Position numbers and translations under genes: made by a program. 42,973 nt of DNA from Candidatus Parabeggiatoa communis (GTDB lineage Bacteria; Pseudomonadota; Gammaproteobacteria; Beggiatoales; Beggiatoaceae). Shown here piece by piece: positions 9,295-23,172 of the stretch (the first letter of the stretch is position 1; each line of letters opens with the position of its first letter). Below the pieces are notes generated by a model. It made no database searches. It worked only from the letters and a program-made list of their open reading frames with translations, and was not told the origin of the DNA. Location of the stretch: positions 1 to 42,973 of the forward strand of contig JAYQWI020000688.1 of assembly GCA_035871815.2 (NCBI GenBank), read 5' to 3'.

Positions 9295-12200
9295 TTAAGA
9301 AATATTTTCAATCATCATAGGAGCGCCACGGTTGATGGATTTGACTTCCTTATAATGTTGATGATGTCTCCGCCGCCTTTCTTCATGATAGGCTAGTCCA
9401 GTGCCTGCTGGGATAAGTCGCCCTACAATCACATTTTCCTTAAGGCCGCGTAAATCATCACATCGACTATTGACGGATGCTTCTGTCAGTACCCGCGTTG
9501 TCTCTTGGAAAGAAGCGGCTGAAATAAAAGAATCCGTTGCGAGTGAAGCCTTCGTAATGCCTAACAACCGAGGTTCGTAAGTGGCCGGTATTTTTCCGTC
9601 CTGCATCACACGCTCGTTTTCTTCTAATAACCTTGAGCGTTCTACTTGTTCCCCTGGCAATAATAGCGTTTCTCCAGGTTCTAAGACGGCCACTTTGCGT
9701 AGCATTTGCCGAACGATGACTTCAATGTGTTTATCATTGATCTTGACACCTTGAAGTCGATAAACGTCTTGAACTTCATTAATAATATAATTAGCCAATG
9801 CCGTCATACCCAAAAGCCGCAATATATCATGAGGATTAGGAGCGCCATCGACGATTTCCTCGCCTCTCTCCACATGTTGTCCCTCAAATACATTGATATG
9901 TCGCCACTTAGGTATCGAGATTTCGTCATCTCCCCCATCTTTGCTTGTAATTATCAATCTTTGCTTCGTTTTTGTATCTTTCCCAAAACTGACTGTGCCA
10001 CTGCGTTCTGCCAAAATAGAGGGTTCCTTAGGTGTACGCGCTTCAAATAAATCAGCGACACGAGGTAACCCACCAGTAATGTCGCGGGTTTTAGAGGATT
10101 CTTGTGGTAATCGAGCCATGATATCGCCCACTTTAACCTGAATACCCTCTTCCACATTAATAATCGCGCGTGGTGGCAAAAAATAACTGGCTGGGATTTC
10201 CGTGCCAGGAATATTTAAATCCTGAGCATTTTCATCCACCAACTTCACCATCGGACGCATATCCTTAGCATGATTGGGTCGCAATTTAGGGTCGGTGATC
10301 ACCATATTGCTCAGTCCGGTCATTTCATCCTGTTCACGATTAACGGTTATGCCTTCTACAATATCAGCGTAATTCACAATACCAGCGACTTCTGTAATAA
10401 CCGGATAGGTATGTGGATCCCAGTTCGCAATAAACTGTCCTGCTTCAACATGTTCTCCCTCATTGAGACTTAACACAGCGCCATAAGGCACCTTATAGCG
10501 TTCTCGTTCCAAACCAAATTCATCTAAAATACTTAACTCTCCAGAACGCGAGACTGCAATGAACTTAATACGATTTTCGTCACTTTGCTGTGGTATCAAC
10601 TTAAGATTATCAAATTTAAGAGTCCCTTTGGACTTAGCCTCAATATGGTTGATAGCCGCCGCTCTGGAAGCCGCACCACCAATATGAAAAGTTCGCATGG
10701 TTAATTGCGTTCCAGGTTCACCGATAGACTGAGCAGCAACAACGCCCACAGCCTCTCCCATATTGACCAAGTGTCCACGTCCTAAATCACGTCCATAGCA
10801 CTTAGCACAAATGCCGTAGCGAGATTCACAATTGATAGCCGAACGTACTTTAATCCGGTCAACATTTTCCTGTTCAAGTAGTTCTACCCATTGTTCATCC
10901 AATAATATGCCTGCTTTAACCACAGGTTCTGCTATCCCTGGCTTAAAAACATCTTCTGCAACGACCCTACCTAATACTCGATCTCGTAAAGTTTCTACTA
11001 CATCACCGCCTTCAATCAAGGGGATCATTTCCAAGCCTTGCTCTGTACCACAGTCAAGTTCTAAAACAACCATATCCTGAGCCACATCCACCAAGCGGCG
11101 TGTTAAATAGCCCGAATTAGCTGTCTTTAAAGCCGTATCCGCTAAACCTTTACGCGCACCATGTGTAGAAATAAAATACTGCAAGACATCTAACCCCTCA
11201 CGAAAATTCGCTGTGATAGGTGTTTCGATAATAGAACCATCCGGTTTAGCCATCAGTCCACGCATACCGGCTAATTGGCGTATTTGAGCCGCTGAGCCAC
11301 GCGCACCTGAATCAGCCATCATGTAGATGGAATTAAAAGAAGGCTGCTGACTTTCATTACCATGACTATCAATGACAGTCTCTACGCCTAACTGAGTCAT
11401 CATCGCTTTAGCCAACTTATCATTCGTATGTGACCAAATATCAACTACTTTATTGTAACGCTCGCCATTGGTAATCAGTCCAGAGGCATATTGTTCTTCT
11501 ATCTCTTTAACTTCCATTTTAGCCGCTTCAATGATTTGAAATTTGTTATCAGGGATAATCATATCCTCAATACCAATGGAAATACCAGCGCGTGTTGCAA
11601 AAGAAAAGCCCATATACATCAATTTATCCGCAAAAATAACGGTTTCTTTCAAACCTAAGCGCCGATAACAAGCATTGATCAATTTAGAGATCGTCTTTTT
11701 GGTCATATCTTGATTGACCAACTCAAAAGGCAATCGAGGTGGCAAAATTTCAAATAGCAAAGCTCGCCCGACTGTCGTATTCATCTTTGGGTATGTTTCT
11801 GTCTGACTCCCTTTTTCAACATCCTCTTTCAAGCGTACCGTGATAGACGCATTGAGTTCCACAATACGGTTTTCATAAGCACGATGCACTTCATTAAGGT
11901 TAGCAAACACCATTCCCTCACCCCGTGCGCCATTGCGTTTTCGACTCATAAAATAGAGTCCTAACACCACATCCTGTGAAGGCACAATAATAGGCTCACC
12001 ATTCGCAGGTGAAAGAATGTTATTAGTAGACATCATCAGAGCGCGTGCTTCCATTTGTGCCTCAATTGACAAAGGAACATGCACAGCCATTTGATCGCCA
12101 TCAAAGTCTGCATTAAAAGCTGTACAGACTAAAGGATGCAATTGAATTGCCTTCCCCTCAACTAAAATCGGTTCAAAAGCTTGAATGCCCAAGCGGTGCA

Positions 12201-13485
12201 AAGTTGGGGCACGATTCAATAACACCGGATGCTCCCGAATCACTTCTTCTAAGACATCCCAAACCTCCGCCACCTGACGTTCTACCAATTTCTTGGCTGC
12301 CTTGATAGTTGTCGCGATACCCTTAATTTCTATCCTGCCAAAAATAAAAGGTTTAAATAACTCCAAAGCCATCTTCTTCGGCAATCCACACTGATGTAAC
12401 CTTAATGTGGGACCCACGACAATCACCGAACGGCCCGAATAATCCACTCGTTTACCTAACAAATTCTGGCGAAAACGCCCTTGCTTACCTTTAATCATAT
12501 CAGCAAGTGATTTTAAAGGTAGTTTATTAGAGCCGGTAATCGCTCGTCCTCTGCGCCCATTATCTAATAAAGCATCAACGGCTTCTTGCAACATTCGCTT
12601 CTCATTACGCACAATGATTTCAGGCGCATTGAGATCAAGTAACCGCTTAAGACGGTTATTGCGATTAATGACACGTCGATAAAGATCATTTAAATCTGAA
12701 GTGGCAAAGCGCCCCCCATCCAAAGGCACTAATGGACGTAACTCAGGCGGTAAGACAGGCAAAACCTTCAATACCATCCATTCAGCTCGATTGCCAGAAT
12801 GCAAAAAAGATTCTAACAATTTCAAACGCTTGCTTAATTTTTTAATCTTAGCATCTGAACTACTGGCATTGATCTCCTCACGAAGATTATTCACGATAGC
12901 CGCCAAATCCATAGTTCGCAACAAATCAAATACCGCCTCAGCTCCCATTTGTACATCAAATTCATCACCATATTCTTCCAGCGCATCCAGATAGGTTTCT
13001 TCATTTAACAACTGGCCTCGGTCTAAGGCAGTCAAACCTGGGTCAATGACCACATAAGCCTCAAAGTAAAGAATGCGTTCAATATCCCGCAAAGACATAT
13101 CTAACATAAGCCCCATGCGAGAAGGTAGAGATTTGAGATACCAAATATGAGCAACTGGGGAAGCTAATTCAATATGTCCCATTCGTTCCCGGCGCACCTT
13201 AGCTTGAGTCACCTCAACGCCACATTTTTCACAGACAACGCCTCGATGTTTGAGACGCTTGTATTTGCCACATAAACACTCGTAGTCCTTAGTGGGCCCA
13301 AAAATCTTGGCACAAAAAAGACCATCACGTTCTGGTTTAAAGGTACGATAATTAATGGTTTCAGGCTTTTTAACTTCACCATAAGACCAAGAACGAATTT
13401 TCTCAGGAGAAGCTAAGCCAATACAAATCCTATCAAAGTCTTCTATTTGTCCTTGGCTATTTAACAGATTCAGTAAATCTTTCAT
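9295..13485 (-). CDS. rpoC: RNA polymerase beta' subunit
   Basis: NADFDGD catalytic motif and Zn-finger CLCGK..CEKC; start moved to MKDLL at 13485. Confidence 0.99.
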   Translation of the reverse strand: MKDLLNLLNSQGQIEDFDRICIGLASPEKIRSWSYGEVKKPETINYRTFKPERDGLFCAKIFGPTKDYECLCGKYKRLKHRGVVCEKCGVEVTQAKVRRERMGHIELASPVAHIWYLKSLPSRMGLMLDMSLRDIERILYFEAYVVIDPGLTALDRGQLLNEETYLDALEEYGDEFDVQMGAEAVFDLLRTMDLAAIVNNLREEINASSSDAKIKKLSKRLKLLESFLHSGNRAEWMVLKVLPVLPPELRPLVPLDGGRFATSDLNDLYRRVINRNNRLKRLLDLNAPEIIVRNEKRMLQEAVDALLDNGRRGRAITGSNKLPLKSLADMIKGKQGRFRQNLLGKRVDYSGRSVIVVGPTLRLHQCGLPKKMALELFKPFIFGRIEIKGIATTIKAAKKLVERQVAEVWDVLEEVIREHPVLLNRAPTLHRLGIQAFEPILVEGKAIQLHPLVCTAFNADFDGDQMAVHVPLSIEAQMEARALMMSTNNILSPANGEPIIVPSQDVVLGLYFMSRKRNGARGEGMVFANLNEVHRAYENRIVELNASITVRLKEDVEKGSQTETYPKMNTTVGRALLFEILPPRLPFELVNQDMTKKTISKLINACYRRLGLKETVIFADKLMYMGFSFATRAGISIGIEDMIIPDNKFQIIEAAKMEVKEIEEQYASGLITNGERYNKVVDIWSHTNDKLAKAMMTQLGVETVIDSHGNESQQPSFNSIYMMADSGARGSAAQIRQLAGMRGLMAKPDGSIIETPITANFREGLDVLQYFISTHGARKGLADTALKTANSGYLTRRLVDVAQDMVVLELDCGTEQGLEMIPLIEGGDVVETLRDRVLGRVVAEDVFKPGIAEPVVKAGILLDEQWVELLEQENVDRIKVRSAINCESRYGICAKCYGRDLGRGHLVNMGEAVGVVAAQSIGEPGTQLTMRTFHIGGAASRAAAINHIEAKSKGTLKFDNLKLIPQQSDENRIKFIAVSRSGELSILDEFGLERERYKVPYGAVLSLNEGEHVEAGQFIANWDPHTYPVITEVAGIVNYADIVEGITVNREQDEMTGLSNMVITDPKLRPNHAKDMRPMVKLVDENAQDLNIPGTEIPASYFLPPRAIINVEEGIQVKVGDIMARLPQESSKTRDITGGLPRVADLFEARTPKEPSILAERSGTVSFGKDTKTKQRLIITSKDGGDDEISIPKWRHINVFEGQHVERGEEIVDGAPNPHDILRLLGMTALANYIINEVQDVYRLQGVKINDKHIEVIVRQMLRKVAVLEPGETLLLPGEQVERSRLLEENERVMQDGKIPATYEPRLLGITKASLATDSFISAASFQETTRVLTEASVNSRCDDLRGLKENVIVGRLIPAGTGLAYHEERRRRHHQHYKEVKSINRGAPMMIENIS

Positions 13486-14556
13486 AAGTTGATAATTGGA
13501 AACGGGGAATGGGGAATGGTAAACCAAAACAATGAATTAATTATAATGACATCATTTTGGCACAGGGCGTGTTGAATAGGAGCGTTGGTAACAACGGCGT
13601 TTAGGATCACAAAATAGTTCGTTTTGGTGAGGATAATGGCTCCTTACGCCCTGGTGGGCTAATCCAGCTTACATCGACTTTGTTAATTTTTTAGGCATAA
13701 CGACAAGGATTGTATCTAATAAAAGATTTAACTGAGACATGACTACGATCTTATTCTTTAAAAGCTTAACTTTTAAATTAAAAGCTTAACGACAAGGATT
13801 GTCTATTTTATACGGATTTAATTAACCGAAACATTATCACGAACTCATCCCTTCATATACAATCTAGTTCAAAAGCGGGAAAGTCGATAGCAATGCACCC
13901 ATCTAAAGGTAGCTGAGAATTTCATTCTTTTCAAATATATTTTGATATCCGTGTGTCAAACCTATTTAAGTTTGTTACATAAGATAGAACGCTGATAAAA
14001 CTGATTGTCATGATTGAGGCTGATAAATTGAGAAGTCAAAATTCATTTTATCATGACAATCTGCTTCTATTAGTGAAAGGCGTGAAAAAATAATTGCCAA
14101 AATGCTTCAACAGACACACCCTAGTCTATAGGACTAAGCGATTATCGAACAAACTATAGAATGGGTAGGGTATTTTACAAAAAGGATAGGAAACTCAGGT
14201 GTGTGATCTCAATCTGATATATATAAATAATTTTTAGTAATTAGCTTTGCGAACCTTAGCGTAGTACACCGAAGGTTCGCAACAAAATTTTTTTTGAGCC
14301 TCAAGTTTGTCGCGAAAGGCGTTTCATCACGAATGATTTACTTTCCCTTGGAGGTCACATTCAAACTCAGAGTCTTTGATGCTTGACTTATTAACTTTAA
14401 AATAATTTATGAGAAGGTATAATCTCAAATGTGCCTCTTGCAAAACTCAACTCATCATTTGGTAGGCTCATCAAAACAAAAAGAAATCAGTGCTACATTA
14501 CCTCATTCAACGTTCTGTGAAGCTATCAAAAAACGGCTTGTTATTTCGTCAGTTAC

Positions 14557-17500
14557 TTAAACTTGTTCAAGTTCAATATCAATTCCCAAAGAGCGAATTT
14601 CTTTCACCAAGACGTTGAACGATTCGGGCATCCCGGCTTCCATACGATGATCACCATCGACAATGTTTTTATACATCTTAGTTCGACCATTCACGTCATC
14701 CGATTTGACTGTCAGCATTTCTTGTAAAGTGTACGATGCCCCATAAGCTTCCAACGCCCACACTTCCATTTCACCAAAACGCTGTCCACCAAATTGAGCT
14801 TTACCCCCTAAGGGCTGCTGAGTGACCAAGCTATAAGGCCCTGTGGAACGAGCATGCATTTTGTCATCAACTAAGTGATTCAATTTGAGCATATACATGT
14901 AGCCTACCGTTACTGAACGTTCAAATGCTTCTCCTGTTCGACCATCATATAAAGTCGCCTGACCCGTTTTAGGCAAAGCTGCCAACTCTAGCATAAATTT
15001 AATTTCTTGTTCACTCGCACCATCAAAAACGGGGGTAGCCATCGGTACGCCATGACTTAGATTCTTTGCTAATTCCAATATTTCTGAGTCAGTCAAAGAA
15101 TTTAAATCTTCTTGCTTTCCACTAGAGTTGTAAATTTTGTCCAAAAACGCCCGTAAATTGCCAACAGAGTTATCCCCATCAAAGCTGTACTGTTTTTTGA
15201 TGATCTGTAATTGCAAAGCAATCTGTTCCCCCAGTTTTTTTGCAGCCCAACCTAAGTGCGTTTCTAATACTTGTCCAATGTTCATCCGAGATGGCACCCC
15301 AAGTGGGTTTAACACGATGTCTACTGGCACACCCTTTTCGGTATAAGGCATGTCTTCAACAGGTACAATCATAGAGACTACACCTTTATTACCGTGTCGT
15401 CCTGCCATTTTGTCTCCAGGTTGTATTCGCCTTTTTACCGCGAGGTAAACTTTAACCATTTTGAGTACGCCAGGTGCCAAATCATCACCGGTCATCAATT
15501 TATGCCGTTTTTCTTCATAAAGTTCATCTGAACGCTGCCGCTGTTCTTTTAATTGCAGAGCAAAGTTTTCAAATTGAGCTTGAATTTCAGGATTGTCTAA
15601 CTGAATTTCAAACCACTGATGGCGCGTTAAATTAGAGAGGTAATTTTCATCTATCGTTGTTTCGCCTAGCAATCCTGGGCCACTTTTAGCCGTTTGCCCT
15701 AAGAGTAATTTTTCTATACGAGCGTAGGTATCATCTTCTAAAATACGGAGTGTATCTCGTAGATCTTTTTTGACTTTATTCAGTTCAGTCTGTTCAATGT
15801 GTAAAGCACGAGCATCTTTTTCAATGCCATCACGAGTAAACACTTGGACATCAATGACAGTCCCCATTGTACCACTGGGTACTCGTAAGGAGGTGTCTTT
15901 TACTTCTGAGGCTTTTTCACCAAAAATTGCCCGTAGTAGTTTTTCTTCAGGTGTCAGTTGGGTTTCCCCCTTAGGGGTGACTTTGCCTACTAAGATGTCT
16001 CCCGGTTTGACTTGGGCACCAATAGAAACAATGCCAGATTCATCTAAATTTAAAAGCGCGGCTTCACTGAGATTGGGAATATCAGCCGTAATTTCTTCAG
16101 GGCCGAGTTTTGTATCCCGCGCCATACAGCTTAGTTCAACAATATGAATGGAAGTGAAGCGGTCCTCTTCAACAACCCGTTCTGAAATCAGTATCGAATC
16201 TTCAAAATTATAACCATTCCAAGGCATAAATGCGACCAGCACATTTTGTCCAAGTGCAAGTTCACCTAAGTCAGTGGAAGGCCCATCCGCCAGAACATCA
16301 CCCTGATGAATTATATTCCCTGGGCTAACCAAGGGCTTTTGGTTGATACAAGTATTTTGATTAGATCTCACATATTTAGTCAGATTGTAGATATCGACAC
16401 CCGAAGAAAGTGAGCTATAAAGTGTGAGAGTCTCTTTCTCAGATTTGTCCTGAGAGTCTTCATTTTTAAAGACTTCATTATCATTGACACGCACGACAAT
16501 ACGAGCGGCATCTACAGAGTCGACGATACCGCCTCGTTCTGCAACGACAGTGACACCCGAATCGACGGCGACTTTTCGTTCCATTCCTGTACCAACAAGC
16601 GGTTTTTCAACTCGCAAAGTCGGCACGGCTTGTCGTTGCATATTAGAACCCATTAAAGCGCGATTCGCATCATCATGTTCCAAAAAAGGAATCATCGACG
16701 CGGCCACTGAAACAATTTGTTTAGGTGAAACATCCATGTAATTAATTTTATCTGATGGGGCTAGAGTAAATTCATTTTCATGTCTAGCCGTAATCAGCTT
16801 ATCTTTAAAAAAGTTGTTTTCGTCTAAGTTAGCATTGGCTTGGGCAATCACATAGCTGCCCTCCTCGATAGCTGATAAATAATCGACTTGATCAGTGACT
16901 TGTCCTCCCTCTACCCGACGATAAGGCGTTTCCAAAAAACCATACTGATTGGTTTTAGCGTAAACGGCCAAAGAATTAATCAATCCAATATTAGGGCCTT
17001 CTGGTGTTTCAATAGGACACACGCGACCATAATGGGTAGGATGCACATCTCGCACTTCAAACCCTGCCCGTTCTCGCGTCAATCCTCCCGGCCCCAATGC
17101 AGAAATGCGGCGTTTATGAGTCACTTCAGATAAAGGATTATTCTGATCCATAAATTGAGACAATTGACTAGAACCAAAAAACTCCCGAATTGCCGCTGTC
17201 ACAGGTTTAGCATTAATCAACTCTTGCGGCATCATATTTTCAGATTCCGCCAAAGTTAAACGCTCTTTCACCGCTCGCTCAACCCGTACCAAACCAATAC
17301 GAAACTGATTTTCCGTCATTTCCCCCACACTGCGAATTCGCCGATTTCCTAAATGATCAATATCATCAACGGTACCAGAACCATTTCGGATACTTATAAG
17401 AGTGCGTAACACATCAAGAATATCTTCAGTCGATAAAACGCTAGGCCCAGAAATATCAGAACGACCCACACGGCGATTAAATTTCATCCTACCGACAGTG

Positions 17501-18732
17501 GATAAATCATATCGATCTTCAGAGAAAAATAAGCTCTGAAATAAGCTTTCAGCGGCTTCTGGAGTAGGCGGTTCCCCAGGACGCATCATACGATAGATTT
17601 CCACACAGGCTTCCAAAGGTGTTGCCGTCTGATCAATACGTAAAGTATCAGAAATATAAGGGCCACGGTCTAAATCATTTGTATAAAGCGTTTCAAAGGA
17701 TTCAACATGATGTTCCAACAAAGCATTGAGTAGTTCTTCATTCGCAATATCATTAGCTTTAGCAATCGTTTCACCCGTATCAGGAGAAATCACGTCATGA
17801 GCAAACACCGAACCTAACAAAAAAGAGTCTAAGTGCCCATTTTCATATTCCAATGGCACTTTGACTGTTGTTATACCCGCATTTTCCAATTCTCGAATAT
17901 GTTTAGAAGTCAAACGCCGGCCTGCCTCAACAATAAGTTTTCCCTGAACATCTTTAATATCAAAGCTTGCTAATTCACCGCGTAAATGTTCAAAATTAAG
18001 AAGAATATGAAAATCATTCTCCATACGGAAAAAGCGATGCGTATCGAAAAAAAGTTCTAACATCTGCTCATTACTATAACCCAACGCTCGCAACAAAATA
18101 GTCGCGGGCAACTTACGCCTGCGGTCAATCCGTATAAAAAGACAATCCTTATGATCAAATTCAAAGTCTAGCCAAGAACCGCGATAAGGAATAATTCTGG
18201 CTGAGAATAACAACTTACCAGAAGTATGCGTTTTCCCCTTATCATGGTCAAAGAAAACACCAGGAGAACGATGGAGTTGGGAAACAATAACACGCTCTGT
18301 GCCATTAATAACGAAAGTACCATTTCGAGTCATAAGTGGGATTTCACCCATATAGACTTCCTGCTCTTTAATATCCTTGACCGACTTATTTTTAGAATCC
18401 TTATCATAAAGAATTAAACGCACTGATACCCGTAGCGAAGCGCAATAAGTCATACCCCGTAGCTGACATTCTTTAACATCAAAGGTTGGTTTACCAAGAC
18501 GGTAGCTAACATATTCAAGGGCAGCATTACCAGAAAAACTGAATATTGGAAATACCGACTTAAAGGCAGCGTGTAAACCCACATTTAAACGTTGTTCGGG
18601 TAGCGTATCTTTTTGCAGAAAGGTTCGGTAGGAGTCAAGTTGAATAGCCAATAAATAAGGTACTTCAAGAATGCTCGGACGTTTACCAAAGTTTTTGCGT
18701 AAGCGTTTTTTTTCGGTGAAAGAATAGGGCAT
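14557..18732 (-). CDS. rpoB: RNA polymerase beta subunit
   Basis: [46 protein letters not shown]. Confidence 0.99.
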   Translation of the reverse strand: MPYSFTEKKRLRKNFGKRPSILEVPYLLAIQLDSYRTFLQKDTLPEQRLNVGLHAAFKSVFPIFSFSGNAALEYVSYRLGKPTFDVKECQLRGMTYCASLRVSVRLILYDKDSKNKSVKDIKEQEVYMGEIPLMTRNGTFVINGTERVIVSQLHRSPGVFFDHDKGKTHTSGKLLFSARIIPYRGSWLDFEFDHKDCLFIRIDRRRKLPATILLRALGYSNEQMLELFFDTHRFFRMENDFHILLNFEHLRGELASFDIKDVQGKLIVEAGRRLTSKHIRELENAGITTVKVPLEYENGHLDSFLLGSVFAHDVISPDTGETIAKANDIANEELLNALLEHHVESFETLYTNDLDRGPYISDTLRIDQTATPLEACVEIYRMMRPGEPPTPEAAESLFQSLFFSEDRYDLSTVGRMKFNRRVGRSDISGPSVLSTEDILDVLRTLISIRNGSGTVDDIDHLGNRRIRSVGEMTENQFRIGLVRVERAVKERLTLAESENMMPQELINAKPVTAAIREFFGSSQLSQFMDQNNPLSEVTHKRRISALGPGGLTRERAGFEVRDVHPTHYGRVCPIETPEGPNIGLINSLAVYAKTNQYGFLETPYRRVEGGQVTDQVDYLSAIEEGSYVIAQANANLDENNFFKDKLITARHENEFTLAPSDKINYMDVSPKQIVSVAASMIPFLEHDDANRALMGSNMQRQAVPTLRVEKPLVGTGMERKVAVDSGVTVVAERGGIVDSVDAARIVVRVNDNEVFKNEDSQDKSEKETLTLYSSLSSGVDIYNLTKYVRSNQNTCINQKPLVSPGNIIHQGDVLADGPSTDLGELALGQNVLVAFMPWNGYNFEDSILISERVVEEDRFTSIHIVELSCMARDTKLGPEEITADIPNLSEAALLNLDESGIVSIGAQVKPGDILVGKVTPKGETQLTPEEKLLRAIFGEKASEVKDTSLRVPSGTMGTVIDVQVFTRDGIEKDARALHIEQTELNKVKKDLRDTLRILEDDTYARIEKLLLGQTAKSGPGLLGETTIDENYLSNLTRHQWFEIQLDNPEIQAQFENFALQLKEQRQRSDELYEEKRHKLMTGDDLAPGVLKMVKVYLAVKRRIQPGDKMAGRHGNKGVVSMIVPVEDMPYTEKGVPVDIVLNPLGVPSRMNIGQVLETHLGWAAKKLGEQIALQLQIIKKQYSFDGDNSVGNLRAFLDKIYNSSGKQEDLNSLTDSEILELAKNLSHGVPMATPVFDGASEQEIKFMLELAALPKTGQATLYDGRTGEAFERSVTVGYMYMLKLNHLVDDKMHARSTGPYSLVTQQPLGGKAQFGGQRFGEMEVWALEAYGASYTLQEMLTVKSDDVNGRTKMYKNIVDGDHRMEAGMPESFNVLVKEIRSLGIDIELEQV

Positions 18733-19271
18733 ATTTTTTTAAAGGGGGAATTGAGGTATTAAAGAGGTTTTAATAGTTAAATATTTTTCGTAGTTCTTAA
18801 AAAGTCGTGATAAATTGTGAAAAATATAGGTGTGGTTCAAAAAATGATTTATTGGCCACTACGAATTTTTTGAGTCTATTTTATGACGATAAATTTTGAA
18901 ATCAAGTTTGTAATTACGAAGATAAATTTATCGTAGGTATCAGAATTAAAAAAAACTAATATCATTTATAAAATAAATGCATAGATGACTTTTTGACTGA
19001 AACCTCAATACGGAAAATTTTAATATAATCCATTGAAATCTTAATCTTATTAAGATTAATTTTTAATCATTAGGTATATAATTTTAGAGACAGGTATCAA
19101 AGAACTCAAACAAGATATTATGTAACGTATTGAATTGGCGAGGTTCCCGTTTTGATTTTCTAGCCCAATTTATTCTGGTTCTAACGGAGTCAAGGGGAGG
19201 TACGAAAATTTTAGGAGTCATTCGTGATGAGTCATTCGTGATGATAAAATAGTGTTTAATAAAATCATTAA

Positions 19272-19364
19272 TAGACTTTTGTCCATAGCAATAAACATAA
19301 TCCATTGGCGTACGAGAGACAACTATAATGAATATCAAGGACTTAGCGTCCTGGACAAGGTATA
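19272..19364. mobile_element. MITE-like element, same family as 34345-34430
   Basis: Shares the internal TAAAC.TAATCCATTG...ATCAAGGACTTAGC and has degenerate TAGACTT / ACAAGGTATA ends. Confidence 0.55.
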
Positions 19365-20029
19365 ATTAATAGCATAACAATTATTAATATATTTATATCT
19401 GACAAATCATCTGCCTGAAAAGGCCGCCTCGAAATACAATCATCAGAATTTATTTCTGCATTTTAGTTCTGACCGTGAATTTGGCTGTGTGCTACCGGCA
19501 TTGAAGGACACACGCTCTGGTGATTTTCCATTAAAATCGTTTACAATGGTTCGAGAGAGGATTTGAACTCAATTTAGCTTGGTTACGCCTATCTATCACA
19601 ACATTTTCATAAATAGGTGCTTGTTAGTCATGATTGTGTGTACGCCATAAATGGGAAAAGAGTGGTTAGTTTTATTTGAATAAACTGTCTACAATAGATC
19701 GCTTGTCGTTCTCGTTGTATCATTCTTTAACTCAAAGCAATAGGTTTTTATTTTGGTTAGTTGATCCAATAGTTCGTACTGACCCTAAAAATAATATCCA
19801 CCGTTTGCACATCAACAAAAATTTATTCCACAAAGAGCGTTTTATTTTGAGTATTGATCTTCCACGCTAATCTATTTGCATAATCTCATTCTCCCAGCAA
19901 ACTCGGGTTGAAGATTGTTAATGCTAGTGCATCGGTTTTTATTTCAGTTGAGGGCACTGCATGTTCTTGCCCTATATATTCTATTAGCAATTTGAGTCGT
20001 TTCCCTTGCATTCATTAATTGAAATCGTG

Positions 20030-20567
20030 AGATGTCAAACCTGAAGCGCGATGTGGAAGTGGCAATTGCTCAAAAAATGGCTTGGTTACTGTTACTGGGT
20101 TTGTTGGCAGAAAAAGATAGGCTCTCTCTGTTCTCAGAGCTAGAACACTACCGTTAATACTAAGCAGTCTACCTGATTCTTACATAGATACAATCAACTC
20201 TGCCCCATATACTGGAATGTTGTTGTATTTCTGTTTAAGTTTAACCAGATAGCCGCCCATTGGATACGGTCTTATGCCGGAAATGAAAACGGTCCCCGTA
20301 TAAAAGTCCCCTTCTTCTTTTGGAAAGAAGATACACTTTGATATAATCACAATGCCGCTTTTGCCGGATTATCCAGTGTTATATTTGAAGAAACATACAA
20401 CTATTCAGTCGGCTTTAAAAAATAATGGGGTCCTATTTTGATAAGTGCTGTTTATCAGTCCGCATTCGAGGTGACCGGCATAATTTTATTGACCTTCTCA
20501 TCTATCTTTCAGAAAAAAGGTGAATTTGCAGCAGGCAATAAGTTGATTTATTCAACATCATTGTAAT
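20030..20567 (+). pseudogene. Possible decayed gene of unknown function
   Basis: Locally higher GC. One frame reads about 115 codons with two internal stops (..AAHWIRSYAGNENGPRIKVPFFFWKEDTL*YNHNAAFAGL..KK*WGPILISAVYQ..). No recognisable family. Confidence 0.25.
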
Positions 20568-22167
20568 TTGTTTTAATTTCTTTTATAAGAGAGAGTTCAC
20601 AAGTAGTGAGTTCACTTGACATGAGCAGCAATTTTTGACGGTTATGGAAGGAAAGCCAACAATATTTAAATATCTTTTTCAGTATTCAGAATGAAGCATT
20701 TATTTTCTTTGATTAAGATGATTAAGCGTTTTGCAAGTTTCTCAAAACACAATCAAGAACTTATATTTTTGAAGGAAGCCTCTTTATTTATAAATAATTA
20801 AAATAAAATTGATTACATTTTGATCAAAAAAAAATATCTAAATAGACGCCCAATGTCTAGCGTTTTTTGCCAAATATTATCACTTATCAAGTGTTAATTA
20901 GTATCGGAAAAAAAGTGGTCAGTTATTTATAACGCTTCTCTATAACGCCATCAATAAAAACGAAAACTAAGAAACTGAGATAAATTTATATTTTTTTCCT
21001 TTAGAACTAAAACAATAATGTTATTGGCTATAATATGGTGACAAACTTGATTATAATGACGCATTTCCATTTTTCCGGGTTTCTAATTTTTTGTTTTTGA
21101 CAAAAAATTTGATTAGGGCAGTTCAATTGAATCAAAACAGTATTTCAATTTTATTAATTGAAATGAACTCAAACTTGGAAGATAGAAAAGGCTTATATCA
21201 TGTCATATTCCAAAAATGACTGAGGTTAGTTAGGTAATACAAAAAAAATTAATATACCACCAATGGGCAAGCACATAGCCCCTACATGCCATTGAGGAAA
21301 TCCCCCCCCCGCGCAAGTCCATTTTCTGGATAATTGAAGGGTAGCAAACGGGTATATTATTAATTATTTGGGAGTTACCTTTGTCGCGATTTTTACGTCC
21401 AACAATTGATTTTATGAAAAACTTATTGATTTTATGAAAGACTTGAACAGAATTTTGACTAAGAATTAGTCCCGGAAGCTAAATAAATGATTGAGTGATT
21501 TTGTGTGTGTATTGCACACCAATTAGTTTTCGAGGCTGAAGTTTTTGTTTTTAAAAACTTGAACATCGAAGTGATTTAGGAAACCGTTTAATTAATAATT
21601 GCAATGAATTAGATTAATTACCCATTATATCAATAAATTATAAAATTACCCGTGGTAATGCGCCCAGATGAGGTTAAAATATTGAAGAGTCTTTTTTTCA
21701 ATGCCTCATAATGCAAATGTTTGAAACGGTTTAAAACATTGTGTGTTATGAGCCGCTTTGAAAATCGTTCTTTGCATTTTTGAGTTTTGGGTTTAGTTAT
21801 TTATTGTTATAGAGGTTATTTAGTGGTGGAATAGTAAGTTGTGTATAATGCACCCTGTACCCTTTTGCCATTCGTTTTCTTTAGTTAACTTTATTTATAG
21901 AAAAATGATAATGAGAGGTGGGCTTAAACAATGATGCTAGTAAACGCAACAAATAGTAGAAAGCGTGAACAGCTACTCTGGTTAGATTAATAATGGTTAG
22001 ATTAAAAAACGGTTTGTATTTATTATTTATAAATTATTGAAATTCGTTTATTAATTAAGAACTGATATAAATGAAGTCAGTCCTTAAAAAGGTTGCAGGT
22101 TAGAATGAGGGTTACAATCCAGAAATCCAGATCAATTTCTGAACTTCTGAATAGCTGACTCAATTCC

Positions 22168-22545
22168 TTACTTTATTTCGGCACTACCACCTGCTTCTTC
22201 TAGGTCTTTTTTGATTTTCTCTGCCTCATCCTTCGGAATAGCTTCCTTGACCGTAGAAGGTATTCCTTCTACTAGCTCCTTAGCCTCTTTTAAACCTAAA
22301 CCAGTGATAGTCCGAATAGTCTTAATCACTTGAACTTTCTTCTCACCAAAACTAGTCAGTGTAACAGTAAATTCGGTTTGTTCTGGAGCGGCCGAAGCCT
22401 CTTGTGCAGTAGGTGCTGCCATGGGAGCGGCAAAAGCAGCCGCGGAAACCCCAAATTTATCCTCCATCGCCTTAATGAGTTCAACCACATCCATCACTGT
22501 CATATTAGCAATGGATTCTAAAATATCTTCTTTGGTGACTGCCAT
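22168..22545 (-). CDS. rplL: 50S ribosomal protein L7/L12
   Basis: [31 protein letters not shown]; GAGGAG RBS supports the start at 22545. Confidence 0.98.
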   Translation of the reverse strand: MAVTKEDILESIANMTVMDVVELIKAMEDKFGVSAAAFAAPMAAPTAQEASAAPEQTEFTVTLTSFGEKKVQVIKTIRTITGLGLKEAKELVEGIPSTVKEAIPKDEAEKIKKDLEEAGGSAEIK

Positions 22546-22581
22546 AATAAACTCCTCTGACCTATTACCCAAAATAAAAAA

Positions 22582-23118
22582 TTATGTTGATTGTTTTTCT
22601 TGCTTGCTATCACGCACAGCAGCAAAAGTGCGTACCAATTTAGCAGAAGGCTCTTTGAGAGTACGTACCAGTTGAGTGAGCGGTGCTTGTATAACAGACA
22701 TCAATTGACTTATTGCTTCATTTTTCGTTGGCAATGTCGCAACAAAATCAATCTCGTTTGCGGACAATCGTTGGCCGCCAAGAGCAATGCCTTTGACAAC
22801 TAACTTATTGTTACTTTTGGCAAAATGACCAATTAGACGCGCAGCCGCACTTGGTTCCTCAACCGAAAAAGCCAGCACAACTGGCCCAACTAAAATCTCT
22901 TGCAAACACTCAAAATGAGTATTTAAAATCGCACGCCGTGCCAAAGTGTTTCTAACTACCCGTAAATAGACTCCGGTTCCACGCGCATTTTGACGTAGTT
23001 GGGTCATTTCCGCACACGTCATGCCGCGGTATTCAGCAACAACAGCCGAGTGTGCTGTATTTGCTACATCATTAACGCTAGCAACAATTGCTCGTTTATC
23101 TTCAAGCTTGTGCGGCAT
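22582..23118 (-). CDS. rplJ: 50S ribosomal protein L10
   Basis: AEYRG, VVRNTLARRA, ATLPT; synteny with rplA and rplL. Confidence 0.98.
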   Translation of the reverse strand: MPHKLEDKRAIVASVNDVANTAHSAVVAEYRGMTCAEMTQLRQNARGTGVYLRVVRNTLARRAILNTHFECLQEILVGPVVLAFSVEEPSAAARLIGHFAKSNNKLVVKGIALGGQRLSANEIDFVATLPTKNEAISQLMSVIQAPLTQLVRTLKEPSAKLVRTFAAVRDSKQEKQST

Positions 23119-23172
23119 GATAAATTCTCCTTCATAAATCCCATATTAAAGCAAAACCGGTAATAGGTCTTG

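Noticed and set aside
9706-18417. Short ORFs antisense to or overlapping rpoB/rpoC (and likewise tuf, rpl genes, dnaX, htpG, YcaO)
   Set aside because: Shadow ORFs of conserved genes with no motifs.
9295-18732. Inteins or introns in rpoB/rpoC
   Set aside because: Both frames are continuous and of normal length, with only short loop insertions.
19547-19600. tRNA 3'-end-like string on the minus strand (GAGTTCAAATCCTCTCTCGAACCA)
   Set aside because: The T-stem does not pair properly and there is no matching 5' half or cognate tRNA in the window; it may be chance.
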